From Macrostomum lignano (lineage: Eukaryota), in the NCBI GenBank assembly GCA_002269645.1, contig NIVC01000977.1:1-64000 (forward strand): 64,000 bases of DNA, given 5' to 3'. The notes beneath the pieces were generated by a model, which was not told the DNA's origin, searched no databases, and saw only the letters and a program-made list of their open reading frames with translations. Made by a program: the position numbers and the translations under genes. The number at the start of each line of letters is the position of its first letter. Positions within the stretch are counted from its first letter, which is position 1. Positions 37,350-49,624 of the stretch are shown here, one piece after another.

Positions 37350-40300
37350 ACAGCTCGGCGGCCGGCAACAACAGCAACCTGTTGCTCATTCCCGATGTGC
37401 TGACGGGCCGGCGTTTCCTGGTCGACACGGGCGCCGAGGTCAGCATCTTCCCTGTCACTGGCACCGATGCACGCCTGCGGTCCACTGGCCCGCCGCTTTA
37501 CGCAGCCAATGGCAGCCTGATACGCACCTTCGGCTCCCGGCAGCTCACGCTCGACCTCGGCATCAAGCGCTGCTCCTGGCCGTTCGTCTTGGCCGAAGTC
37601 TCGCGCCCGCTGATCAGCGCGGACTTCCTCCGCCACCACGGCCTGCTGGTGGACCTGCCGCACCGGCGGCTCCTGGACGCTCGCTCGCTCGCCAGCGTGC
37701 ACCTGCTGGACGGCATCGGGCCTGGTCTGCAGCTCGCCGCGGCTGCCACCGCGGACCCGTACAGCCAGCTGCTGGCCGAGTTCCCCGCTCTCACCGAGCC
37801 CAGTTTCCAGCGGGCTGCGCCACGGCACGGGGTGGAGCACCACATCCCGACGCAGGGCCCGCCGGTCCACGCCCGCCCTCGCCGCCTGCCGCCGGACAAG
37901 CTGGCGGTGGCCAAGGAGGAGTTCCGGCTTCTGGAGCAGCTCGGCATCGTGCGCCGGTCCAACAGCCCGTGGTCCTCACCGCTGCACATGGTGCCCAAGG
38001 CCTCGGGCGGCTGGCGTCCCTGCGGCGATTTCCGGCGGCTCAACGATGCCACGGTGCCCGACCGTTACCCGGTGCCGCATATTCAGGACTTTTCAGCGCG
38101 CCTGGCCGGGTGCTCGGTCTTCTCCAAGATCGACCTGGTTCGCGGCTACCACCAGGTGCCCGTGGCTGCGGCCGATGTGCCCAAGACCGCCGTCATCACC
38201 CCGTTCGGCCTCTTCGAGTTCCTGCGAATGCCGTTCAAGCTCAAGAACGCCGCCCAGGCCTTCCAGCGGTTGGTGGACTCCGTCTGCCAGGATCTCGACT
38301 TCGTTTTCGCCTACATCGACGATTTCCTAGTCGCCAGCCGCAGCCCGCAGCAGCACCTGGAGCACCTGCGCACGCTGTTCCAGCGCCTGGCGGACAACGG
38401 TCTGATCATCAACCCGGCGAAGTGCGAGTTCGGCCGCAGTGAGATCGACTTCCTCGGCCACCGGATCAGCGCCCAGGGAGCCGTGCCGCTGCCCGCCAAA
38501 GTCGACGCCATCGCCAGGTTCGCGCCGCCAGCCACCGTCAAGGGCCTGCAGGAGTTCGCCGGCATGGTGAATTTCTACCACCGCTTCGTGCCGCGCGCCG
38601 CCCAGCTGCTGCGCCCCATCCATGCGGCCACTGCTGGCAAGGAGAAGCTCGTGAGGTGGACACCCGAGCTGACTGCCGCCTTCGAAGGAGCCAAGCGGGC
38701 ACTGGCTTCCGCCGCACTGTTGGCGCACCCGCGGGCGGACGCGCCCATCGCCCTCACTGTCGACGCCTCGGACACCGCCGTCGGCGCAGCGCTCGAGCAG
38801 CGGGTGGGCGGCGCGTGGCAGCCGCTCGCTTTCTTCAGCCGGCAGCTCCGAGCGCCTGAGCAGAAGTACAGCGCGTTCGACCGTGAGCTGCTTGCCCTGT
38901 ACCTGGCGGTCCGGCATTTCCGCTACGCGCTCGAGGGCCGCGCCTTCACCGCCTTCACGGACCACAAGCCACTCGTCGCGGCCATGTCTAAGATGTCGGA
39001 CCCGTGGTCAGCACGACAGCAGCGGCATCTGGCGTACGTGTCTGAGTTCACCACCGATGTCCAGCACGTGGCGGGCAAGGACAACCCGGTGGCGGACGCG
39101 CTGTCCCGCTGCACGATCGCCTCGGTGCAGCCCCGGCTGCTACCCGGTGTGGACTTCGCGGCCATGGCGCAGGCGCAGACAGCAGACCCGACTGCCCAAG
39201 AGGACGCTAGCCTTCAGCTCGAGCCGCTGCAGCTCAGCCCTGGCGTCGCCCTGCTGTGCGACATCTCGACCGGCCGGCCGCGCCCGCTGGTGCCTCCGGA
39301 TTTCCGCCGCGCCGTCTTCGACGCCATCCACGGCCTCGCCCACCCGTCAGTCCGCAGCACGCGGCGCCTCGTGGCCGCCAAATTCGTGTGGGCTGGCATG
39401 AACCGGGACGTCAGCCGGTGGGCGCGCACTTGCGTAGCCTGCCAGACGGCCAAGGTGCATCGGCACGTCACCGCCCCGGTAGAGAGCATTCGCGTCCCAG
39501 ACCAGCGCTTCGCCCACGTGCATGTCGACTTGGTGGGGCCGCTGCCGTCGTCTCAAGGCTTTACGCATCTGCTGACGATCGTTGACCGATTCACCAGGTG
39601 GCCGGAGGCGATCCCGATGACTGACACTTCCGCCGCAGCCTGTGCCTCCGCCTTCATCGCCCACTGGGTTGCCCGATTTGGCGTGCCGGGTGACCTCACC
39701 TCGGACCGCGGCTCGCAGTTCACGTCGCAGCTCTGGTCCAACGTCTCCCGGCTGCTCGGCATGCAGCTGCACCGGACTACGGCCTTCCATCCGCAGGCGA
39801 ACGGGCTGGTCGAGCGGTTCCATCGGCAGCTGAAGGCCGCCCTCAGGGCGCGGCTGACGGGACCGGCCTGGGTTAGCGAGCTGCCCTGGGTGCTGCTCGG
39901 CATCCGGACGGCGCCCAAGGAGGACCTGCCGGCATCGTCGGCTGAGCTGGTCTACGGAGCGCCCCTCTGCATGCCCGGCGAGTGCCTGCAGCCCAGCCCG
40001 GCAACCGAAGGCCACGACCAGTTTCTCGTTCGGCTCCGCGACGCAGTCCAGGCGTTCCGGCCGACACCCACGGCGCATCACGGCTGCCGCCCGACCGCCT
40101 GGCCCGCCGCACTCGATGCCTGCCCGTTCGTGTTCGTCCGGCGCGACGGTCACCGAGCCCCGCTGCAGAAGCCGTATGACGGCCCATTCAAGGTCCTCGA
40201 GCGGGACGCCAAGACCTTCCTGCTCGACCTGGGGACGCGCCAGGACCGCGTGACAGTCGACAGGTTGAAGCCGGCCATCATCGACTCGCGAGAGCCGGTC

Positions 40301-40447
40301 CCGCTGCCATCTGTACGACCAAGAGGCCGCCCGCCTAAGCGGCCTGTACCACCCTCGGCCGCCGCCGACAGCCAGCAATCCCAGGCCGCCCTCCCCAGCC
40401 GCCGGCAGCCGCCACGCCGGTGCCGCCGAACGGTTTTCGACACATAG
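37202..40447 (+). CDS. pol: Retrotransposon Pol (protease, RT, RNase H, integrase), in the -1 frame to gag, probably entered at ~37328
   Basis: LVDTGA protease; RT KIDL..GYHQ and FAYIDD; RNase H VDASD...DRELLA...TDHKPL; integrase [25 protein letters not shown] and a GPF motif. No stops. Confidence 0.96.
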   Translation: MRPPGPATSAPTARSGQLAVLLSSPVRREGPSLRGTLQLPGKRAGRPSVNSSAAGNNSNLLLIPDVLTGRRFLVDTGAEVSIFPVTGTDARLRSTGPPLYAANGSLIRTFGSRQLTLDLGIKRCSWPFVLAEVSRPLISADFLRHHGLLVDLPHRRLLDARSLASVHLLDGIGPGLQLAAAATADPYSQLLAEFPALTEPSFQRAAPRHGVEHHIPTQGPPVHARPRRLPPDKLAVAKEEFRLLEQLGIVRRSNSPWSSPLHMVPKASGGWRPCGDFRRLNDATVPDRYPVPHIQDFSARLAGCSVFSKIDLVRGYHQVPVAAADVPKTAVITPFGLFEFLRMPFKLKNAAQAFQRLVDSVCQDLDFVFAYIDDFLVASRSPQQHLEHLRTLFQRLADNGLIINPAKCEFGRSEIDFLGHRISAQGAVPLPAKVDAIARFAPPATVKGLQEFAGMVNFYHRFVPRAAQLLRPIHAATAGKEKLVRWTPELTAAFEGAKRALASAALLAHPRADAPIALTVDASDTAVGAALEQRVGGAWQPLAFFSRQLRAPEQKYSAFDRELLALYLAVRHFRYALEGRAFTAFTDHKPLVAAMSKMSDPWSARQQRHLAYVSEFTTDVQHVAGKDNPVADALSRCTIASVQPRLLPGVDFAAMAQAQTADPTAQEDASLQLEPLQLSPGVALLCDISTGRPRPLVPPDFRRAVFDAIHGLAHPSVRSTRRLVAAKFVWAGMNRDVSRWARTCVACQTAKVHRHVTAPVESIRVPDQRFAHVHVDLVGPLPSSQGFTHLLTIVDRFTRWPEAIPMTDTSAAACASAFIAHWVARFGVPGDLTSDRGSQFTSQLWSNVSRLLGMQLHRTTAFHPQANGLVERFHRQLKAALRARLTGPAWVSELPWVLLGIRTAPKEDLPASSAELVYGAPLCMPGECLQPSPATEGHDQFLVRLRDAVQAFRPTPTAHHGCRPTAWPAALDACPFVFVRRDGHRAPLQKPYDGPFKVLERDAKTFLLDLGTRQDRVTVDRLKPAIIDSREPVPLPSVRPRGRPPKRPVPPSAAADSQQSQAALPSRRQPPRRCRRTVFDT
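37322..37366 (+). promoter_or_regulatory. -1 programmed ribosomal frameshift signal
   Basis: In-phase slippery heptamer G GGA AAC (37322-37328), 6-nt spacer, stem GCCGGCCG (37335-37342) / CGGCCGGC (37359-37366). Confidence 0.8.
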
Positions 40448-40456
40448 CTCGGTGCT

Positions 40457-40467
40457 GGGGGGAGCTG
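40457..40467 (+). promoter_or_regulatory. Polypurine tract
   Basis: GGGGGGAG(CTG) directly before the 3' LTR. Confidence 0.75.
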
Positions 40468-40728
40468 TGTGGCGGCCCAATCAGCGCGCAGCCAGCGATT
40501 GCGAGTACATCTGCACTGAAACCCCCTGCCCGCCAGGCTGGGGGTGGGTGTACTCGGACAGACAGTCAGTATGCTAAGTCGGGGGGGGGGGTGGCCTTCA
40601 ATCGTGCCACCTTTTTGGCGCACCTCCCCATGTGATCGCGTGCTTAATTTATTTATACTTAACGCATAAAGCAAATAAACTTTCACTTTTCTCGCTTGCA
40701 ACTTACTTCGTTTTCGCAAGCCGCTAAA
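40468..40728 (+). repeat. 3' LTR (261 bp)
   Basis: Matches the 5' LTR except G11T versus G7TT. Confidence 0.95.
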
Positions 40729-40999
40729 ACTTTTTGTTTGCTTATCTTTTCTCGAACGATCCGTGTTATACAATGAAATTAAATAAAAACATAAAGCCAA
40801 GCATCAACCCCTTCTAGATCTTTTTTATGTCTATAATCTTCATACTCTACTTGTAGTAGCTAAATTAGATTTTAACGAGATTTGAGCAAATGATAAATAA
40901 TTGCAAGATACTGTCTAGAACTTCAAATACCTCTGACGAGTATTGGTTTACATGTAGTGCCTGCCTTCTGATCTGTATGTACTAAGCATAAACAGTTAC

Positions 41000-41250
41000 A
41001 TGTACATGTCTCTTGGATCTCTTAGGAGACATCTCCTAGATCTGGCAGATCATGTGCAGCACATATCTCCCAGATCTCACAGATCATGCACAGCACTTAT
41101 CTTTCTTCTAGATCTTACAGATCATGTACAACACATGTCTCCTATATCTTTTCAGATCATGTACAGCACATATCTCCCAGGTCTTACAGATCATGTGCAG
41201 CACATTTCTCCCTTTTCTAGATCTTACAGATCATGTACAGCTCATATCTT
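41000..41250. repeat. Degenerate ~34-bp tandem repeat (AGATCATGTACAGCACATATCTCC...)
   Basis: About 6 imperfect copies. Confidence 0.7.
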
Positions 41251-42059
41251 CTAACTTTCCAACCTTTATTCATACGCTTATTCTACCGGTATTATAGATT
41301 TTCCATTGCAATTCGATAAAAATCAAAGATATGGCAGTCTGCAATTGAAGATGTGGGGATTTTTGTCGCAAACTTTTAACTTTCCAACTTTATTTTGGCT
41401 CGTCAAAGACGTAATGAACCGCGGGACACGCGCTGCGCTTCTTAATTCTGGCAAGCGATGTTTTTCAGGTCCCAGATTGACATCTTGGAGAGCTTGGTTG
41501 CGTAATACGATGGCCATTTGACGCTGTGCACAGAGCGGTTGAAGGCAGGCGTGAGGGTTTCAACTTCGACAAAAAACTTTGTCAGACCTTCCCACCAGAT
41601 GTCTGCATCAGATGGACGCTGTCATGCGTTCAAGGCGGAACCTTGGAATTTGAAATCCAAAAGTTGGCTAGATAATTTGGCACAGATCTACCGGCTACTT
41701 TTGGGAGAGATTTGTACGTGACAAAATTCAAATTCCTCACCTACGATTCTGAGAGCAAAATTTGAATAAACAATTAATGATAATGAAAGCGAATGACATT
41801 GGGACTCTGTCCTTGGACTCTGTGCGTGGTGCGATTCAGACACAAACAGGACTTGGGCGCAATGTCATATTGAAATCTTGAATGCGAAATAGTACGTGTT
41901 GCAAATGTGAATTACTTTGGGGAAACTTCTGCTGAAAATTCAAGGAGCGCGGAGAAGGGGAAGCAGAGAGAAAGAGGAGACAGAGACGAGGAGAGAGTAG
42001 AGAGTGCTGATTGAGACCCAGCTATCTCGTATGTATACGAACTAGACTGCATGACTCTC

Positions 42060-43130
42060 AGCTCTCTCTCCACTCTCCACACTCTCTCTCCACTCACCCT
42101 CTCTCCGCTCTCACCCTCTCTCCGCTCTCACCCTCTCTCTCCACTCACCCTCTCTCTCCACTAACCCTCTCTCTCCACTCTCACCCTCTCTCTCCACTCA
42201 CCCTCTCTCCACTCTCACCCTGTCTCTCCACTCACCCTCTCTCCACTCTCACCCTGTCTCTCCACTCTCCACACTCTCTCTCCACTCACCCTCTCTCCGC
42301 TCTCACCCTCTCTCCGCTCTCACTCTCTCTCTCCACTCACCCTCTCTCCGCTCTCACCCTCTCTCCGCTCTCACCCTCTCTCTCGACTCACTCTCTCTCT
42401 CCACTCACCCTCTCTCTCCACTAACCCTCTCTCTCCACTCTCACCCTCTCTCTCCACTCACCCTCTCTCCACTCTCACCCTCTCTCTCCACTCTCCACAC
42501 TCTCTCTCCACTCACCCTCTCTCCGCTCTCACCCTCTCTCCGCTCTCACCCTCTCTCTCCACTCACCCTCTCTCCGCTCTCACCCTCTCTCCGCTCTCAC
42601 CCTCTCTCCGCTCTCACCCTCTCTCTCGACTCACACTCTCTCTCCACTCACCCTCTCTCTCCACTAACCCTCTCTTCACTCTCACCCTCTCTCCACTCTC
42701 ACCCTCTCTCCACTCACCCTCTCTCTCCACTAACCTCTCTCTCCACTCTCACCATCTCTCTCCACTCACCCTCTCTCCACTCTCACCCTCTCTCTCTCCA
42801 CTCTCCACACTCTCTCTCCACTCACCCTCTCTCCGCTCTCACCCTCTCTCCGCTCTCACCCTCTCTCTCCACTCACCCTCTCTCCGCTCTCACCCTCTCT
42901 CTCGACTCACACTCTCTCTCCACTCACCCTCTCTCTCCACTAACCCTCTCTTCACTCTCACCCTCTCTCCTCTCTCACCCTCTCTCCACTCACCCTCTCT
43001 CTCCACTAACCCTCTCTCTCCACTCTCACCCTCTCTCTCCACTCACCCTCTCTCCACTCTCACCCTCTCTCTCCACTCTCACCCTCTCTCTCCACTCTCA
43101 CCCTCTCTTCACTCTCACCCTCTATTCACT
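42060..43130. repeat. C/T-rich compound repeat (CTCTCCACTCACC-type)
   Basis: Low-complexity tandem tract with no G on the + strand apart from CCG variants. Confidence 0.92.
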
Positions 43131-43799
43131 CTCAATAACGTTAATACCCACAACATTCGGTGCTCATAGCAGGCTTGGCTCGATCTGCTATGGGAGAACT
43201 CTCTCAGCAGGCAGCTATACTAATGTGATGTGCTTTAACACAATTTTAGACAACCAACAGAGAAGCCGAGGGCGGAGTTCATCGACAGACATCATTGCCT
43301 TATTACTCGAGTAGAATTATCCTCGACCACACACACACACACAGGCCGTATATGTAGTCAGCAGGATACACACCAGACTCCGCCTTCATCATCTAGCTCG
43401 AACACCCAGCATCTTGAAATCAGATCCGCAGGTTTTAAGGATTTACCCAGCAGGCGACTCTTGTTAAGCGGGCCAGCCCACCCTATTTGCCCACTCTATA
43501 TGGTTTGAGACTTCGAGTTGGAGGATTACCGGAACAAGCGGGTGGTGCAAAGGAACCAACAGGGTGTTTTTAGCTTTCTCAGAGGATTAGCAGCCTCTTT
43601 GGTTGGCGCAATATTTCTGATGATTTAATTATAAGCCAAGATTGTTAGGCTCTGGCTTATAGGTTTCTTGTAGGTTGGCAGTTCAGTTCTTCACTGTCTC
43701 TACCATCTTTTCTGCGCTGTTTTCACTCTCCTCCGCCTTATTTTGTCCCTCTTATATCCGCTCTCTACTTCTCTTCTCCGCTCTCTCCCCCTTATTCTC

Positions 43800-44115
43800 A
43801 TCCATCGTCTCTACTCCCCTCTCTCTTATTTCTTTTTCGCTCTTTCCGCCCTCTACTCCGCTCTCTCCTCCTCTACTCCGCTCTCTCCTCCCCTTCTCCG
43901 CTCTCTCCTCCCCTTCTCCGCTCTCTCCTCCCCTTCTCCGCTCTCTCCTCCCCTTCTCCGCTCTCTCCTCCCCTTCTCCGCTCTCTCCTCCCCTTCTCCG
44001 CTCTCTCCTCCCCTTCTCCGCTCTCTCCTCCCCTTCTCCGCTCTCTCCTCCCCTTCTCCGCTCTCTCCTCCCCTTCTCCGCTCTCTCCTCCCCTTCTCTC
44101 CCTTCTTCTCCCCTC
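43800..44115. repeat. 20-bp polypyrimidine minisatellite CTCTCTCCTCCCCTTCTCCG
   Basis: Perfect core at 43881-44090. Confidence 0.93.
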
Positions 44116-44799
44116 TCCCCCACTCCTTATCACTTTCCATTATCTTTTGTTTCTCCTTTCCTTTCTTCATGTCTCTCACTTTTAAGCGAGAAAGACCCAA
44201 AATGCAGTGCAGTGCGAATTCCAGAGCCTCCAGAGCTTCCCAAAAACTGTATAGGCAAGCTTAAAAAATCACGTGATTTACCTGACCCCCCTACCCCCCC
44301 CTCCCACCCCCGCAGTTGGCGTTTCCCGGCACACTTCGCACATTTTTGCGATGAAGAGTTGCAATATAGTTAGTGTTGTTTATTTGTTTGTGCAACAATC
44401 AGTAAATGCATTTTGATTGTGTGTATTCAAATTTTATTTTAAGGGCATGCAGATGACGCGGCTGCGATTGTGCAATAAACCAACCGTGTCGAGAAGACAA
44501 GAGAAAGCGCATTTTCAATAATTGGGATTGATTTGGCCTCTGGTCTATTTTACAGCTCTGCTTCAAATTTTGTCATCATACGCCAGCATGTTCTTGCTGA
44601 CTCTTATATTTACCTGTTTACGAATTCTGTCAATAGCTCAGAACTGGGGTAACTTGAAATTTCAGCTTGGGCGCATGAGAGGTGGCTTTGGGGTTGTTGT
44701 AACAGGAATATTGAGAAGAATCTGGATAATTCTGAATAAACTGAAAGAGTGAGAAAATTGGGAAGAGAGCGGGAGAGAGAGGGAGAGAACGGAGAGAGT

Positions 44800-45140
44800 G
44801 GGTGGGAGAGTGAGTGGGAGAGGGGCGGAAGTGAGTGGGAGAGGGGCGGAAGTGAGTGGGAGAGGAGCGGAAGTGAGTGGGAGAGGGGCGGAAGTGAGTG
44901 GGAGAGGGGCGGAAGTGAGTGGGAGAGGGGCGGAAGTGAGTGGGAGAGGGGCGGAAGTGAGTGGGAGAGGGGCGGAAGTGAGTGGGAGAGGGGCGGAAGT
45001 GAGTGGAAGAGGGGCGGAAGTGAGTGGGAGAGGGGCGGAAGTTAGTGGGAGAGGGGCGGAAGTGAGTGGGAGAGGGGCGGAAGTGAGTGGGAGAGGGGCG
45101 GAAGTGAGTGGAAGAGGGGCGGAAGTGAGTGGGGGAGGGG
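44800..45140. repeat. 21-bp minisatellite AGTGAGTGGGAGAGGGGCGGA
   Basis: About 16 units. Confidence 0.94.
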
Positions 45141-45889
45141 AAAGTGAGTGGGGAGAGTTTAAGAAGAGGACGGGACAGAGAAAAGAAGTGCATATTAAAG
45201 GAAATGTGCTGCTTTCAAAAGCTGCCAAAATGCGTGTCAATGTAATTAAAGTAATAAAATTCCTCCACCATATTCATGATGGTGGAGTCTAAATTGCCTG
45301 CAAATTTTCCCTATTGTCAAACCGCGCGCCCGCCTTGCAGCTGCAGAGAATACATGAAAAGAAGTCATGCACACGCGGGAGTGCACACGTGAAAAAAATA
45401 AATTGTCTGGAAAACTCTCGTTAACACCTAACCAAAAAATTCTTTCTAAATATGAGTATAATAGGTCCCCAAGAATATTATCATTGCACCTGAGTTTCAA
45501 TACCGAGTTCTATAAAAATGGAACAATTGAGTTATTTTATTCGTCCCTGCAAATTTTGCTGCCACCAGAACTGGGGTCCTAATTGCCTGTTGCGTAATCA
45601 ATATAGGGTAATATGGGGTAGGGCGTTTTTGCATAGCAACAACAGTCAGCAAAAGACGCGCACTAATTTGCGGATACAGCACGCGTCGAACAATTGGGAT
45701 CATTACCGAACAATAAATGAGGTTGGCCATTGAATCCTCGTCTTAATTATCAATATTTATGACTGCATTTCTGGGGAATTTCTGGGCGAGGAGAAAATTA
45801 TGCTAAAATTGCCTTCTTTTTGTATTCTGAGAAAAACACTTGGTCTGTGTGCGATATGGAGATTGGAGAATTATGATTGTTGGGTAGAT

Positions 45890-46400
45890 CCCATATTTGG
45901 GATGTCCTTAGAAGAAGTTTGAGTATTTGGGATCTCTCTAAAGGACTTAGGATCTCTCTAGAGGATTTAGGAGTTTTCGGGATCTGTCTAAAGGATTTGG
46001 GAGTTTTGGGATCTCTCTAGAGGATTTAGGAGTTTTGGGATCTCTCTAGAGGATTTAGGAGTTTTCGGGATCTGTCTAAAGGATTTGGGAGTTTTGGGAT
46101 CTCTCTAGAAGATTTTGGAGTATTTGGGATCTCTCTAGAGGATTTGGGAGCTTTTGGGATCTCTCTAGAGGAGTTGGGATCTGTCTAAAGGAATTTGGAG
46201 TTTTTAGGATCTCTTTAGAAGATTTGGGAGTTTTCGGGATCTCTCTAGAGCAATTTGGAGTTTTTGGGATCTGATTTAGGAGTCTTTTAAGATCTCTAGA
46301 GGATTTGGGATTGTGTCGAGAGGAATTGGGAGTTTCTGGGGTCTCTATAAGAGGAATTGAGAGTTTCTGGGGTCTCTATAAGAGGAATTGAGAGTTTGTG
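45890..46400. repeat. Degenerate ~30-bp repeat TTGGGATCTCTCTAGAGGATTTAGGAGTTT
   Basis: Imperfect tandem copies. Confidence 0.8.
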
Positions 46401-47004
46401 GAATCGCCCAAGAATTATGTATCAAAAGTTGAACGAAGACTTATGCTACTGATTTTTATTTACCGCGACTTTTCTCACGCCTTACGTTAAAAATTGTCAA
46501 AGCTGTCGAAAGTTTTAAAAGCTGTCAAATCCGATCAATGAGGTCTCTCGAATTGTTAGATTGAGAAAAAAAGTTGCACAATATTTCCTTACCGTTGCAG
46601 CCTGTACACTGCATGCCCCAACGGCACTGGAGACAATCAACAGCTGCCAATGATATGCTGCATGAACAATCAGAAACGATTGATGACGCCAAGCCAAGCT
46701 TCAAAGATGTTGCTATCCGGGCTCCGGTAACGGACTTGTGTTTTTATTAATTTATTTAAGACGACATAGATTTCAGTGCCAGGCGGACACAAATATATAT
46801 GACATTTTGTTCTGTCCTGAGATGAGGATACTCGCGTCAAAAAAACTGATTTATGATACATAAGGAGGCCCAGAAACTTAACCAAACTTGTGTGTCACAC
46901 GCTTTAATTGCACATAATCTACTTGGATACAATGGTCACCGTGTCAAAGTGTCAAAGCTGTTTAATCAGGGACTGTCATTTTTACTACTGGTTGATAGGT
47001 TGCT

Positions 47005-47529
<525 letters not shown>

Positions 47530-48104
47530 ATTAAATTCCAATTTAAGCCACACCATGCAGATGTTGCAGGCTTGACTGCACAATCAAGGCCTGTTAAAAC
47601 ACAAAGCAGAGGCTGAATCGCGGCGACGGCTGCCAAAGTCTTCAATTGACATTGAAACTTTTATTTATTCTGCTATACATCGGGTTAAGCTTGAGCGTTG
47701 CATATTGGAAAATGATGAAGAAGTGGACGCCTTTCGCAATGAGGAAAACAAACTCAAACAAAGCTCACAGACGGCCCTGCAAGGAAAGAACTGATTCGAT
47801 TTCAAATTAAGTTCTTTGAAAAGCACGGAGAAAGGAATTTGCATTGACTTGACTGAGTTTCCATGGCCCTGGCGGGTGTTTCTTAACACAAACTATAAAC
47901 CACCTCGCAATGGGACCTCGTGGTTTATCGTATAATACGAACGTAAAAAGGTCACTCTCGACTCTCGGGGTCAGGATGGAAGAAACACCTGCAAGACAAA
48001 CCCTGCTGGCTGCTTCAAGTAAAAAAATATTGAGATTCTTTGCATTGATCAATGAGTCACCACTCACCATGGCCATGAGCAGCTGCATTCAAGTCCAGCC
48101 TCCG

Positions 48105-49040
48105 ATCCTTCCGCCCCTGCTACTTCCGCCCCCGATCCTTCCGCCCCGATCCTTCCGCCCCCGATCCTTCCGCCCCCGACCCTTCCGCCCCCGATCCTTC
48201 CGCCCCCGATCCTTCCACCTCCGATCCTTCCGCCCCGACCCTTCCGCCCCGACCCTTCCGCCCCCGATCCTTCCGCCCCCGATCCTTCCACCTCCGATCC
48301 TTCCGCCCCCGACCCTTCCGCCCCCGACCCTTCCGCCCCTGCTACTTCCGCCCCCGATCCTTCCACCTCCGATCCTTCCGCCCCCGACCCTTCCGCCCCC
48401 GACCCTTCCGCCCCTGCTACTTCCGCCCCCGATCCTTCCGCCCCCTGATGCTTCCGCCCCTGCTACTTCCGCCCCCGATCCTTTCGCCCCCGATCCTTTC
48501 GCCCCCGATCCTTCCGCCCCGATCCTTCCGCCCCCGACCCTTCCGCCCCCGACCCTTTCGCCCCCGACCCTTCCGCCCCCGACCCTTCCGCCCCGATCCT
48601 TTCGCCCCCGACCCTTCCGCCCCCGACCCTTCCGCCCCCGACCCTTCCACCCCCTGATGCTTCCGCCCCTGCTACTTCCGCCCCGATCCTTTCGCCCCCG
48701 ATCCTTCCGCCCCGATCCTTCCGCCCCGATCCTTCCGCCTCCGATCCTTCCGCCCCGACCCTTCCGCCCCCGACCCTTCCGCCCCCGACCCTTCCGCCCC
48801 CGACCCTTCCGCCCCCGATACTTCCGCCCCCGATCCTTCCGCCCCGATCCTTCCGCCCCCTGATGCTTCCGCCCCTGCTACTTCCGCCCCCATCTTTCCG
48901 CCCCTGATCCTTCCGCCCCCGATCCTTCCGCCCCCTGATCCTTCCGCCCCGATCCTTCCGCCCCCGATCCTTCCGCCCCCGATCCTTCCGCCCCGATCCT
49001 TCCGCCCCCGATCCTTCCGCCCCCGGTCCTTCCGCCCCGA
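48105..49040. repeat. 15-bp minisatellite GATCCTTCCGCCCCC (also at ~50085-50335 and ~51045-51295)
   Basis: Tandem units with C-run length variation. Confidence 0.94.
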
Positions 49041-49624
49041 TCCTTTAGTGGGCTACCGTTTCCACTGTCCACCCCCAGGGACAGGGATCGTTCATTCAGC
49101 AGCCGCCGCCGCTTACTCAAGCGAGAAAAGGAGAGAAGTGACTTCAAATGAAAATTTCAACGCCCACCGCCTGCACGAGTGACTCAAGTGAATTCCCTTT
49201 GAATTGAAAGTGAAAAGTAAAACTTCGCACCCAATGCTTATAATGGCTTATAGGAATCAGGATTTCACCTTTTAGAAGCGATTTCTCTTATAGTTGCCAT
49301 GCTATGAAGAAGGTGACAGACAGGCAGACCAGTTGACACCTTTGTCCTTTACTGTAGAATCTTAGATTAAACTATCTATGTAGGATAAAGGTATAAGAGC
49401 TATTCATTAGCCTAGTTATTGAGGCAGACAGTGAGACCTCAATTGCCAATTGCAGACTGACTGAACTGAGGTATAGTATAGAAACTATATAATAATATAG
49501 GCAACATAATGAGTAACTAAGCTATTCTCTCTCTCTGTAAATCCGACACACAACTCCTAGTCTGTAGGCCTAGTATTAGTTAGGGGTTAAAATAATTAAT
49601 TGCAATTTGCATACCAAAAAATTG

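Larger units (their letters stand above)
36339..40728 (+). mobile_element. Full-length Ty3/Gypsy LTR retrotransposon, CsRn1-like, very young
   Basis: Two LTRs identical except in one G-tract; 4-bp TSD ACTT (36335-36338 and 40729-40732); PBS, PPT, gag and pol (PR-RT-RH-IN order). Confidence 0.97.

Noticed and set aside
36761-40800. Many antisense and alternative-frame ORFs over the retrotransposon
   Set aside because: Expected shadows of very GC-rich gag and pol codons; no recognisable domain and no env-like ORF.
41300-41900. Moderately GC-balanced stretch with short ORFs after the LTR element
   Set aside because: Translations contain stops and no motif I recognise.
47690-48100. Possible decayed hAT dimerisation-domain fragment (NVKRSLSTLG...LINESP)
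   Set aside because: Only a loose resemblance to the ERxFS motif; short, with no supporting TIRs. It would need an HMM search.
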